Assembly (NCBI GenBank): GCA_965140785.1
Contig: OZ223497.1
Location: 192,001 to 256,000 of the forward strand
Direction: 5' to 3'
Source of the DNA: an uncultured Ruficoccus sp.
GTDB taxonomy: Bacteria; Verrucomicrobiota; Verrucomicrobiia; Opitutales; Cerasicoccaceae
DNA length: 64,000 bases
The translations under genes and the position numbers were made by a program. Shown here piece after piece: positions 30,594 to 41,100 of the stretch; position 1 is the first letter of the stretch, and each line of letters opens with the position of its first letter. The notes below the pieces were generated by a model. It worked only from the letters and a program-made list of their open reading frames with translations. It searched no databases and was not told where the DNA came from.

Positions 30594-32543
30594 ATGCTAC
30601 AGGTCTCACAGCTCGGCAAAGCCTTTGCCAGTCAGGTTCTTTTTGAGGACGTGACGTTCCGCATCAACCGCGAGCACCGCGTGGCTCTCGTCGGCCCCAA
30701 CGGCGCGGGCAAGACAACACTCTTTTCCATCATCCTCGGGGAGACCGAGCCGGACGCGGGCGTGGTCGATCTCGAGCGCGGTGCGCGTATCGGCTACCTG
30801 CCGCAGGAGACCGCCCCGGAGGGCGACCAGACGGTGATCGAAATCGCTGCCGGGATCACGCCCGAGCATGCGCGGGTGCGCAAAATAATCGGGGACTGCG
30901 AGCGGTCGGGAGACACCTCCTCCAGCGCCTATGCCGATGCGGTGGCGCGCTACACCGAGCTGGGCGGCTATCAGGCCGAGCCCAAGGCCAAGCGCATCCT
31001 CGCCGGGCTGTCCTTCCGTGAGAGCGATTACGACCGGCCCGCCCGCGTGCTCAGCGGCGGCTGGGTCATGCGCGCCCACCTGGCCCGCCTGCTCACCGCC
31101 GAGCCAGACCTGCTCATGCTCGACGAGCCGACCAACCACCTCGATCTCGAGTCCCTCGGATGGTTTCAGAACTATTTAAAGAGCTACCCGGGCGCGATTT
31201 TCCTGATCTCGCACGACCGCGCCTTTCTCAACGCTCTGGTCGATCACGTGCTGGAGATTCGGCACTACCGGATCCACAGCTACCGCGGCAACTACGACGA
31301 TTACGTCGAGGAGTCCGCCGCCCGCGACGCCCAGCACATGGCCGCTTATAAAAACCAGCAGGGCAAGATCGCGCAACTCGAGCGCTTCATCGAGCGCTTC
31401 GGGGCCAAGGCGACCAAGGCCACCCAGGCCAAGTCCAAACAGAAGCAGATCGACCGCATGGACAAGATCGACGCTCCCCTGGACAAGGCCCGCCAGCTCA
31501 AGGTCAAATTCCCCGAGCCCCCGCCCAGTGGCCAGACTGCGATCACATTGGAGGACGTGCACTTCGCCTATGGCGAGCACCAGGTTTACCGGGGGATCGA
31601 CTTCCAGGCGCAGCGCGGCGAGCGGATTGTGTTGGTCGGTCCCAACGGCGCGGGCAAGTCCACGCTGCTCAAGCTCTTGGCCGGTGCCCTGACTCCGCAG
31701 TCCGGCGAATGCACGCTCGGCCACAATGCCAAGCCCGGCTACTTCTCCCAGAGCCGCCTGGATGTGCTTAACGCCGAGAACACCGTGCTGGAGGAGGTCC
31801 AGGGCATCAACCGCTCCATCAACGAGACTACCGCGCGCACTGTGCTGGGCTCGTTCCTCTTCAGCGGCGACGCGGTCTTTAAAAAGGTGGCCGTCCTCTC
31901 TGGCGGGGAAAAGTCCCGCCTCGCCCTGATCAAGCTCCTGCTCGATCCGCCCAACCTCCTGCTCATGGACGAGCCGACGACGCACCTCGATATCGCCAGT
32001 ATCGACGCCCTCATTGCGGCGCTCCAGGATTATCCGGGCACCCTGATCTTCATCAGCCACGACGTGTACTTCATCCGCAAGATCGCCCGCAGCGTGCTGC
32101 ACATCAGCGCGGGCGCGCTCACGCCCTACGCCGGCGACTACGACTATTATTTGTATAAGTCCCAGTCCGGCGACGAGCGGGAGGCCCTCACCGTCGGGGA
32201 CAAGCTCAGCAACCTGCGCCCGGACGAAGCCGCCGCCCGCCCGCAGAAAGGCCCGGCGGAAGCCACCGCTTCGTTCAAATCGAAGGAGCAGAAGCGTGCT
32301 GAGGCGAAGGCCCGGCAGGAGCGGGCGAAGATCCGCGCCGAGGTGGACCTGCTGGAGGAGCAGATTTGCAAGCTGGAGGATAAGCAGCGCGAGCTCACCG
32401 CTCAGTTGGAGGACCCGGAACTCTACGAAAGCGACAGTGCGAAGGTCATGCAGCTGAACCGCGACCTGCTCGCCCTCAACGACGAACTGGAGCGCCTGAA
32501 CGAGCAGTGGATGCAGGCGGCGGAAAAACTCGGCGAGGGTTGA
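30594..32543 (+). CDS. ABC-F family ATP-binding protein
   Basis: Two GPNGAGK Walker A motifs, LSGGW/LSGGEK signatures, DEPT Walker B, no TM segments, C-terminal coiled coil. Confidence 0.92.
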   Translation: MLQVSQLGKAFASQVLFEDVTFRINREHRVALVGPNGAGKTTLFSIILGETEPDAGVVDLERGARIGYLPQETAPEGDQTVIEIAAGITPEHARVRKIIGDCERSGDTSSSAYADAVARYTELGGYQAEPKAKRILAGLSFRESDYDRPARVLSGGWVMRAHLARLLTAEPDLLMLDEPTNHLDLESLGWFQNYLKSYPGAIFLISHDRAFLNALVDHVLEIRHYRIHSYRGNYDDYVEESAARDAQHMAAYKNQQGKIAQLERFIERFGAKATKATQAKSKQKQIDRMDKIDAPLDKARQLKVKFPEPPPSGQTAITLEDVHFAYGEHQVYRGIDFQAQRGERIVLVGPNGAGKSTLLKLLAGALTPQSGECTLGHNAKPGYFSQSRLDVLNAENTVLEEVQGINRSINETTARTVLGSFLFSGDAVFKKVAVLSGGEKSRLALIKLLLDPPNLLLMDEPTTHLDIASIDALIAALQDYPGTLIFISHDVYFIRKIARSVLHISAGALTPYAGDYDYYLYKSQSGDEREALTVGDKLSNLRPDEAAARPQKGPAEATASFKSKEQKRAEAKARQERAKIRAEVDLLEEQICKLEDKQRELTAQLEDPELYESDSAKVMQLNRDLLALNDELERLNEQWMQAAEKLGEG

Positions 32544-32679
32544 GCACGCACTCCGGTTATCCCGGCCCGCGCATTCGCGGTTGACGCCGGGGTGGGGGTG
32601 GCGTTTTTATTTGCCAGGCGTATCCATGCGGGCCACCTGTTCGCATACGTTCCAGTGATCCGGCCATTCCCTCTCTCAC

Positions 32680-34332
32680 ATGACCGACCAAAGCGCTGCC
32701 CAACTCTTGGTTAAATGTCTCGAAGCCCACGGGGTCGAGTTCGTCTTCGGCATTCCCGGCGCGAAGATCGACAAGGTGTTCGACGCGCTGGAAGATTCGC
32801 CGATCAAGGTCGTCCTCTGTCGGCACGAGCAGAACGCGGCCTTCATGGCGGCTTCCTACGGGCGCCAGACCGGTAAGCCGGGCGTGGTGCTCGTCACCTC
32901 CGGCCCCGGCGTGGGCAACCTCGCCACCGGCCTGCTCACCGCGACGACCGAGGGAGACCCTGTCGTGGCACTCGGGGGCAATGTCCCGCAGAACATGAAG
33001 TTCAAGGAGTCGCACCAGAACACCGACAACGCCAAGCTGCTCGAATGTGTGACCAAATCGAGCGTCGAGGTGACCGCGCCGGAGGTGGTGCCCGAGAGCT
33101 TGGCCAACGCCTTTCGCCTGGCGGCTGCTCCTCGCGCCGGGGCCTGCTTCATCAGCCTGCCGCAGAACATCATGCTGACCGATGCTTCGAAGCTGTCCGC
33201 CTATACCGCCCCGCCCATCGCCTTCGGGCGGGCACGCACGTCGGCCATCGCCGATGCCGCCGAGCGCCTGGGCCAGGCCCGTGCGCCCGTGCTGCTGCTG
33301 GGCGAGGAGGCGAGCCGCCCGGACAACCACGCCGCTATCAACGCCTTTCTACAAAAACACCCGATACCGGCCATCAACACCTATCAGGCCGCCGGGGTCA
33401 TCTCGCGGGAGAATATGCCCTGCTTTTATGGGCGGGCGGGCCTGTTCCGAAATCAGCCCGCCGACCGCGTGTTGGACAAGTCGGACTTCGTGGTGAGCGT
33501 CGGCTTCAATCCGGTGGAGTACGATCCGGAGACCTGGAACGCCGACATGGACAGAGACATCCTCCACATCGACTACGCCTGCGCCAACGTCCACTCCCAG
33601 TACCGACCCGTGTGTGAATTGTTGGGAGAGATCAGCGTGAACCTTCGCCTCCTGACCGACGCCACGCCGTCCGTCCGACGGGTCAGCTACCCGGAGATTC
33701 AGCACGAGCTTTTCTCCATCGTGGAAAACGCGGGGGAGAAGACGGGCCGCCCCGGCACTGTCCATCCGCTGCGCTTCGTGCACGAACTGGCCCAGGTCAT
33801 CGACGACGACACGGTCGTATGCTGCGACATCGGTTCGGTCTATATGTGGCTGGCGCGCTACCTGTTCTCTCACCGCCCGCACCAGATCCTTTTTAGCAAC
33901 GGCCAGCAGACGCTCGGCGTCGGACTGCCCTGGGGCATGGCGACGAAGTTTGCCTTCCCGCAGAAAAAGGTCATCTCCATCTCCGGCGACGGCGGCTTTC
34001 TCTTTTCCGCTATGGAGCTGGAGACCGCGGTGCGCGAGGGCCTGCAATTGACGCACATCGTCTGGCGAGACGGCTCCTATGACATGGTCAAGGAGCAGCA
34101 ACTCATGAAGTACCACCGGGAGGCCTCGGTCGCGCTCGGGACGGTGCATCTGCCGAGCTTTGCCCGCGCCTTCGGAGCGAAAGGCTACCAGGTCACCGCG
34201 CCCGAGGAAATTTTGCCTACCCTCCGTGAAGCCCAGGCCGTGGCCGGGCCGACACTGATCGATGTCGAAATCGACTACTCGGACAACCGGCAGCTCTTTG
34301 CCGATGCGCACGACAAGGACGTGGGGAACTGA
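32680..34332 (+). CDS. alsS: Acetolactate synthase, catabolic type (AlsS/BudB)
   Basis: FGIPGAKIDKVFDAL, RHEQNAAFMA, SNGQQTLGV, ThDP motif SGDGGFLFSAMELETAVR. Confidence 0.85.
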   Translation: MTDQSAAQLLVKCLEAHGVEFVFGIPGAKIDKVFDALEDSPIKVVLCRHEQNAAFMAASYGRQTGKPGVVLVTSGPGVGNLATGLLTATTEGDPVVALGGNVPQNMKFKESHQNTDNAKLLECVTKSSVEVTAPEVVPESLANAFRLAAAPRAGACFISLPQNIMLTDASKLSAYTAPPIAFGRARTSAIADAAERLGQARAPVLLLGEEASRPDNHAAINAFLQKHPIPAINTYQAAGVISRENMPCFYGRAGLFRNQPADRVLDKSDFVVSVGFNPVEYDPETWNADMDRDILHIDYACANVHSQYRPVCELLGEISVNLRLLTDATPSVRRVSYPEIQHELFSIVENAGEKTGRPGTVHPLRFVHELAQVIDDDTVVCCDIGSVYMWLARYLFSHRPHQILFSNGQQTLGVGLPWGMATKFAFPQKKVISISGDGGFLFSAMELETAVREGLQLTHIVWRDGSYDMVKEQQLMKYHREASVALGTVHLPSFARAFGAKGYQVTAPEEILPTLREAQAVAGPTLIDVEIDYSDNRQLFADAHDKDVGN

Positions 34333-34345
34333 TCTTTTTATACTT

Positions 34346-34804
34346 ATGGAAATACTCGCCTGGTTAACGCTTCGGATCGTGTACGCCTGGATGTTCCTGT
34401 GGCCGCTCAAGGCCCTGTTCGCTGACTGGAAGGCGACCGAGGGCGTGGTCGGGCTGATCTGTCCGGCCCGGCTGGTCGGCCCCGCAGCGAAGCTCATGGT
34501 CGTGGTCATGGTGACCGGTGCACTCTCGATCCTCCTGGGCGTGCTGCCCGCGGTGGGGGGAGTCCTGCTCTTTATCTACTGCCTGATCGGAGCGGTGGCC
34601 CACTACCGGCTCGGGGCCTCGGCGACGGCTCTCTCCTTGAGCGCAACGGCGGCGGATGAAGACCGGCAAGCCTTGGCCAATGCGGCGGCCCTGGCCACCG
34701 TCGGGCACGTTACCTCGGCGGAGAAAAACTTCGTGCTGGCGGCGTTGGGGCTTTTTTTCGCGCTCGCGGGTACCGGTCCGTGGAGCCTGTGGAGGTTGTG
34801 TTAG
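34346..34804 (+). CDS. DoxX-like membrane protein
   Basis: Four hydrophobic segments, H and KN residues, C-terminal GTGPWSL. Confidence 0.6.
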   Translation: MEILAWLTLRIVYAWMFLWPLKALFADWKATEGVVGLICPARLVGPAAKLMVVVMVTGALSILLGVLPAVGGVLLFIYCLIGAVAHYRLGASATALSLSATAADEDRQALANAAALATVGHVTSAEKNFVLAALGLFFALAGTGPWSLWRLC

Positions 34805-34807
34805 GCC

Positions 34808-35500
34808 ATGAAGTATTGGTCTGCAGTTTTAGGGTACTGGGCGCTGATGGCTACGCTTTGCGCGATTGAAACAAGGACCATCGAGAATGACACGTTCGGT
34901 AAAGTCTATATTCATGCGCTGGTTATCAATCCATCGGAGAACGCTGGCTTTGGGATGATCGACAACCCCCCGGCGCAAAAGGGGAACGCTTACGCCTCGG
35001 CCCATTTTGTTCCCGGCCAGCACGCCATGATTATCAACGGCGGTTACTTTGACGCGAATTTTCACCCCGACGGTTACTGTAAGATCGATGGCCAGGTGGT
35101 TTCCGCACAGGTCAACCCAAAGCTGTCAGGCTACGTTGTCATATCCCCGGAAGGTGCGCTCGATCTCTTAGAGAAAAACGCTTCTATTGAAGGCTACCGG
35201 GATGTCATGCAAAGCGGTCCATTCATTATCGACCCCGGTGGTAAGGTCGGTATTTACTCACCCTCCGGCGATGCTAACAAGCGAACCGTCATTGCTAAAG
35301 AAAATGATGGCACGCTGCTCATTCTGACCACCTCTGGGGTTCGCCTGTTCGAATTGGCCAAGATACTCCGAGAGGAATTTCCCGATATTGAGCGGGCTCT
35401 GAATCTGGACGGTGGGCCGTCAACTGCCGTAATCACGGATAAACTGCGGATGAATAATCTTAATCCTGTACGCAATTTTATCATAAAAAAACATGAGTGA
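34808..35500 (+). CDS. Phosphodiester glycosidase (NAGPA) family protein
   Basis: INGGYF, QSGP, RTVIA, ALNLDGGPS; signal peptide. Confidence 0.75.
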   Translation: MKYWSAVLGYWALMATLCAIETRTIENDTFGKVYIHALVINPSENAGFGMIDNPPAQKGNAYASAHFVPGQHAMIINGGYFDANFHPDGYCKIDGQVVSAQVNPKLSGYVVISPEGALDLLEKNASIEGYRDVMQSGPFIIDPGGKVGIYSPSGDANKRTVIAKENDGTLLILTTSGVRLFELAKILREEFPDIERALNLDGGPSTAVITDKLRMNNLNPVRNFIIKKHE

Positions 35501-35876
35501 CCGATACAACAAGGGCCTGAAAGTCATGCGTGAACACCTCGGCCCTGACGCCGACAAGTACGTGGAAAACATCCGCGAGGTCTCACCACTCTTTGCCAAG
35601 GTGAACGTCGAGTTCGCCTTCGGGGATATCTACGGGGACAAGCGCAACGTGCTCGACCCCAAGGTGCAGGAGCTGATCACGCTCTCAGCGCTGACTGTGA
35701 TGGGCAACGCCCTTCCCCAGCTCCGGTTGCACGTGCACTGCGCCCTGAACGAAGGAGCGACCAAGGAGGAGATCACCGAAACGATCACCCAAATGATCGC
35801 CTACTGCGGCTTCCCGTCAGCGACGAATGCCATCATGGCGGCGAAAGAGGTTTTTAAGGAAAAAGGCCTCTTGTAG
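35493..35876 (+). CDS. Carboxymuconolactone decarboxylase family protein
   Basis: EFAFGDIY..LDPK.QELITLSAL..PQLRLH..ALN.G..EI..YCGFP. Confidence 0.85.
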   Translation: MSDRYNKGLKVMREHLGPDADKYVENIREVSPLFAKVNVEFAFGDIYGDKRNVLDPKVQELITLSALTVMGNALPQLRLHVHCALNEGATKEEITETITQMIAYCGFPSATNAIMAAKEVFKEKGLL

Positions 35877-36340
35877 TGGCCGGGTATGACAGCCTTCGAC
35901 TCTTAGTTTAAAAAGTCGAACACGCCTTTATCGTTGGCAGAGGGGAGAGAACCCCGGCCCTACTCGACATCGACCGGTGCCACATGCCAGTCGAAATAAA
36001 GACTCATGCGGACATCTCCCCGCAGCGGGCGGGGGGGGTGCGCTCAATCACGTTGTCCCGACGTCCCCAGGAGTGCCAGATAAAGGGCAGCTCTTCTTTC
36101 TGCAACCGGTGGGTGAAGTTATAGACATGGGCGCGCTCCACCGACCTAGCTTTTTGAAAGCGATAGAGACATCGAAGTCAATATTATGGCTAAAATCCAT
36201 CTGGTCTATATTTTATAAAGGTAAGCATTTTCCTTTAGATTGATTCTTTAGTTCAGGCTGTTCGAGATTAGCAAAGGTATATTTGTTTTGACATCGATGT
36301 AACTATTGGTTCTTTTAGATCGCAAACTTAAGAAAGAAAT

Positions 36341-37828
36341 ATGATGGCTCAAATATCTAATGATGAGATTGCGGACTATCGCCGGAAGGTGATGGGTTGC
36401 TGGCTGGGAAAGGCTGTGGGCGGCACCCTTGGCATGCCCTATGAAGGATGTGCTGGTCCGCTGGATTTAGACTTTTACCGGCCGGTGCCGGAGACGATGC
36501 TGCCCAATGACGACCTGGACCTGCAGGTGCTCTGGGCCTGCCTGCTGAATGAACAGAAACACCCCCGGGTCGGGCCAGAGGTGTTTATCCGAGGCTGGTC
36601 GGAGTGCGTGGATTTCCCTTGGGATGAATATGGGGCATGCAAGCGCAATCTTAAGAACGGCATCCTGCCTCCGCTCACCGGGAGCTTTGACAACTGGTTC
36701 ACCAACGGTATGGGCGCAGCTATCCGCAGCGAGATATGGGCCTGTCTGGCGCCTGGAAATCCGGCCCTGGCGGCGGCCTATGCGCGGGAGGACGCCTGTC
36801 TTGACCATGCCGGCGAAGGCCTTTGGGCCGAGGTTTGGCTGGCGGCTTTGCAGAGCGCGGCCTTTGTGGAAAGCGACATTAACCGGGTGATCGAGATCGG
36901 GTTTGAATACATCCCGGAGAGCACGAGCCTGCGTGCGGCCATTGAGGATACGCGTCAATGGTTCGAAGCCAGCGGAGACTGGCGTACGGTGCGTTGTCAA
37001 ATCCTGGAGCGCTACGGACACGAGAACTTTACCAACGTGACGGAAAATCTGGCCTTTATCTTCCTGGCGCTGCTGGACGGGGCGGGAGATTTCAGCCGGA
37101 GTATTTGCACCGCCGCCAACTGCGGGAAGGACACCGACTGCACAGCGGCCACGGTAGGTGCTTTGTTGGGGATCATGAATCCAGACTCGATCGATGAAGA
37201 ATGGCTGCGCCCCATTGGCAGAAACCTGGTGCTCAGTCCGGAAATAACCGGCATCAACCCGCCGGATACGCTGGATAAGTTCACGGACATGGTGCTCGAA
37301 CTGCGCGAGCGTCTGGGCGGCGAAATGCCCATTCGCGCCGAGGCCGAGACCCTGCCGCGAGACATGTCTGTCCCTGCGCGCATCGGCAGCGCCAATCTGG
37401 ACTGGTTCAGCCATGGTTGGGGGACCGGCCGCCCGCTGGAGTTGAAGATGCCGGAGATGAAGCCGGTGACTTTCTCCGGCACATTTGTCACCTTTGATGC
37501 CGCGCAGGTGGAGGAGGACGCCCTCTTCATCGAGTACCGGTTTAAGCTCGAACGGTCCACGCAGGCGCGGGTGATGTTCAACACGCACGAGAACTGCCGC
37601 GTCTTCCTGAACGGAGAGTATGTCTTCGGGCGGGAAGAGGGACGAATGGCGCCATCTCCGCATCGGGTCCCCTACAATCAATCGGTGGACGCGTGTCTCG
37701 ACGCAGGTGAGCATACGCTCGTCGCGGTTTTGAAGCGGCCCGAACCGGTGCGCCAGATCGAGTGGGTGGTCGGAGTGAGTGATTGCGAAGACAACGACCA
37801 GTTTATCCCCGGCATTTGGGTAGAGTAG
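36341..37828 (+). CDS. ADP-ribosylglycohydrolase family protein with C-terminal beta domain
   Basis: GCWLGKAVGGTLG, NDDLD, GAAIRSEIWA, GKDTDCT. Confidence 0.85.
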   Translation: MMAQISNDEIADYRRKVMGCWLGKAVGGTLGMPYEGCAGPLDLDFYRPVPETMLPNDDLDLQVLWACLLNEQKHPRVGPEVFIRGWSECVDFPWDEYGACKRNLKNGILPPLTGSFDNWFTNGMGAAIRSEIWACLAPGNPALAAAYAREDACLDHAGEGLWAEVWLAALQSAAFVESDINRVIEIGFEYIPESTSLRAAIEDTRQWFEASGDWRTVRCQILERYGHENFTNVTENLAFIFLALLDGAGDFSRSICTAANCGKDTDCTAATVGALLGIMNPDSIDEEWLRPIGRNLVLSPEITGINPPDTLDKFTDMVLELRERLGGEMPIRAEAETLPRDMSVPARIGSANLDWFSHGWGTGRPLELKMPEMKPVTFSGTFVTFDAAQVEEDALFIEYRFKLERSTQARVMFNTHENCRVFLNGEYVFGREEGRMAPSPHRVPYNQSVDACLDAGEHTLVAVLKRPEPVRQIEWVVGVSDCEDNDQFIPGIWVE

Positions 37829-37859
37829 CTATCATTAAAATAACCCGCATATTAAATTT

Positions 37860-38075
37860 CTGTTTGTCGAAGGATCGCTCCGTTCAGGCGCTGGCTGTCA
37901 TGCGCCTGCCTCGTCCTGTCTCTGAGCCCATGTGTCGCTCAAACCGAAGAAGTGGAGACGGTCGTCTTCATCGGTGACAGCAACACTCCGCATGCCCCCA
38001 ATGTGGAGCGGCTGCGGACGGCTGCGTAAGTATCGAGCTGGCGGATTGTTGTCTCCTCGAACTGCTTATCCATAA
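37860..38075 (+). pseudogene. Truncated SGNH/GDSL hydrolase remnant
   Basis: Signal-like RRWLSCACLVLSLSPCVA followed by block I VVFIGDSNT (from 37961), then similarity ends. Confidence 0.45.
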
Positions 38076-38103
38076 AAAAAGGCCTGCGCACGTGCGCAGG
38101 CCT
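38074..38103 (-). terminator. Rho-independent terminator of the giant glucanase gene
   Basis: Perfect inverted repeat AGGCCTGCGC-ACGT-GCGCAGGCCT followed by T7 on the minus strand. Confidence 0.8.
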
Positions 38104-38134
38104 CGAAGGTCAATCAGGTTGATGTTGGCATTCG

Positions 38135-41100
38135 CTACTGAACATCCACCGTCCAGGTCGTGCTGGCGTCGCGGGCCAGGCCGGTGCCGTTGACCGCACG
38201 GACGCTCCAGGTGTGGGAACCGGCGGCAGGGGCGGGGATGGTGACGGACTGTAGCTGGTCGCCATAAACTTCCACTTCCCACAGCGAATGCCCGTAAGGC
38301 GTCGGCGTGTAGATGAAGTAGATATTGAGGTAGCGGGCGATGCCGGAGAGGTTAGTCAGATCGTCGGTGTCGCCGTCACCGGTGGCGGTGTAGTACAGCT
38401 CCGTCCAGGTCTCGCCGTCGATGGAGGTTTCGACGCGGTATTCTGAGGCGTAGGCATCTTCCCATTCGAGCACCACGCGGTTGACCAGGTAGTCGGCGCC
38501 GAGGTCGATCGTGAGGGTCTGCGGACTGAAGTTGTCGCTGGACCAGCGCGTTCCCAGGTCGCCGTCGGTGACGGCGTCGTAGGTGCCTTGGTTCGTGGAT
38601 GAGGCGACGTAAGGCCGGTGCAGGGCGATATTGGAACTGTCGGTGATAAGCGCTTCCGGCTCGACCTCGCCGATTTTGACCCCGTCGTAGTAGAACTCAT
38701 ACGCCTCGATCCCGCTGCCGGCGTCCACGATGTTCTCCCAGAAGAAGGACAGCGGCGTGCCCGCCGTGGCGATCGCGTTGTTGGTGGGAGCGATCAGCGC
38801 GAAGACAGGCGGCAGGGTTGTGTCGCTGAGTGTAAACGTGGCCGTGCCGGAGCTCTGCTCGCCGCCTGCCCAGTTCACGGCCCGCACTTCCCAGGTATGG
38901 GCGCTACTGGTCAGGGCGAGGTTGCGGTGGTCCCACGAGGTTTCGGTGGTCGAGTGGACCTTGACGCCGTCAACATACACGTCGTAGCCGCGGATGCCGG
39001 TGTCGGCGTCTGTGCTCGCCGTCCACGAGAAGCTCGGCAGGTCGGGGCCGTAGGTGGCCGCATCAGCCGGGACCTGAAGCGCCGGAGCGCTCGGGGCGGA
39101 GGCGTCGGTCAGGCCGTAGTTGTCCAGACCGGAACCATACTGGAACAACGGATCGCCGTAGATCGGCGGGACGGGTTCGCCCGCCGCGATATGAGCGACG
39201 ATGGCGTCAATTTCGGCCTGAGTCGCGCCGAGGTCGAAGGGCAGGTCCCAGCGCTCGACAGCGTCGATCTGGTCTTTACCGCCGATCTGGGCCATCGACC
39301 GCGGCAACTGCCAGGGCGTCTTGCCGGTGGGCACGTAGTCCCCGAAGAGGATCTGGGCCAGGGCCGGGCCGCCACCGTCACCGGCGCGGTAGGTCAGTAG
39401 CAGCGCGTCGGCATCGAGTTCGGGTGAGCCGAGCACGCTGGGACGTGCCATGACATAGACCACGACCACGGGGATATTCTGGTCCAGGTAGCCCTGGATG
39501 ACCGCCGTCTGCGCTGCGGGCAGGTAAGGCTCGTCCTGGGCCCAGGCCGTGCCGTGGGTGTAGGAGGCTTCACCGACCACCACGACGGCGAGATCGGGCG
39601 TCGTCGTCAACTCGGCGGCGGTGAAGACATTGATGCCCGCTTCGGCCGCCCGTTCCCGGATGGCCTGCACCGGCGTGCGGGAGCCCTCCGTCTGGTGGAA
39701 AAAGCTCGTCCAGATGACCCACTGCGAGCCGGTCTCGGCGAACGGGCCGTCCACCACGATGTTGCTGCCGGCGGGCAGGCTGAGCGGGAGGATGCCGTCG
39801 TTGGTCAGCAGGGTCATGGACTCGCGGGCCGCCTGGATGGCGAGGTCATAGTTGTGGTGACTGCGCCATTCGCTTTCGCCATAGAGGTAGTCGCCGTAGG
39901 GATTTTCGAAGAGGCCCAGGCGGAACTTCATGTCGAGGATGCGGCGAACGCGATCGTCGATAATAGCGGGGGAAACTTCCGTGTCGAAGTCTTCCAGCTC
40001 CGGCGTGCCCGGGTCGCAATCATGCCGCAGCGAGGGGTCGGAACCGCCCATGACATCGCAACCGGCTTGGGCGGCGGAAATCCACACCCAGCTGTCGAGC
40101 CAGTCGCTGCAGATCAGCCCGTCATAGCCCATGTTGTTGCGCAGGTAGGAGATGATGTACGGGTTGTCGCCTGCGCCATTGGAACTCGGGCCAAACAACG
40201 GCGCACCGCCGTAGCCGGGCATGATGCCGCCGGTCCCGGCTTCGATGGCCGCATGCCAGGGGCGCATGTGGTAATGGACAGTGGTGCCGTCGTAAACCAT
40301 GACGCGCTCGCCGCCGGCGCCCTGGCCCGGCCAGTGCTTGGTCGTGACCCAGACGGATTGCGGGTTGATTTCCGGCCCGGCCTGCAGGCCGACCAGGAAG
40401 GAGCGGATAATGGCGGCGGCCACATCGGCATCCTCGCCGCAACCTTCCTGGATGCGCGGGTACAGCGCCATGGTGCCGACTTCGGCGATGGGGGAGAGCG
40501 TACCGCGAGCACCGACGGCGATCATTTCGCGCCGCTGCATGTCACCGAGTTCACGGATGAGGTCGTAGTTCTGCATCGCCGCGAACGAGCTCCCGGTCGG
40601 GAACGACGTCCGGTAGCCATGGGTGGTGTCCGCGGTCGTGATGGACGGGATGCCCAGTCGCGTGGCGGCATTACCCAGTTGGGTGGTCTCCTCGTAGGAG
40701 GGATCGACGGGGCCGAAGTCGAAACCGGACAACGGGTCGTCATCTGCCGCGAAGAACATTTGGGAGACTTTCTCAGTCAGCGTCATGCGCGAGAGCAGAT
40801 CGTCCACGCGGGTATCGATGGACTGCGTCCAGTCTTCGAACGGCTCGATGGTGCCATTACGGTTCATGTCGCGGCAGCCGTTGACGATGTCGATACCGTC
40901 GTCCACCTGTTCCAGGGTGGGCTGATAAACGCTGAAGGTGTGGATGTCCGAGCGCGGATCGGTGGCTCCGTCCACAGCGACGACGTACCACTTATAGGTC
41001 CAGCGGTCGGGCAGGGGTTCGGTCAGCGCGAAGGACGTGGTGGTGGATTCGCCGATCTTCGTGTAGCGGTCGAGCAGGCTGCCCGGCTGCGTGAAGTCGT

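Noticed and set aside
30300..30619. Overlapping long N-termini of the GT4 and ABC-F ORFs
   Set aside because: Artefact of longest-ORF calling; family similarity starts at 30400 (GT4) and 30594 (ABC-F)
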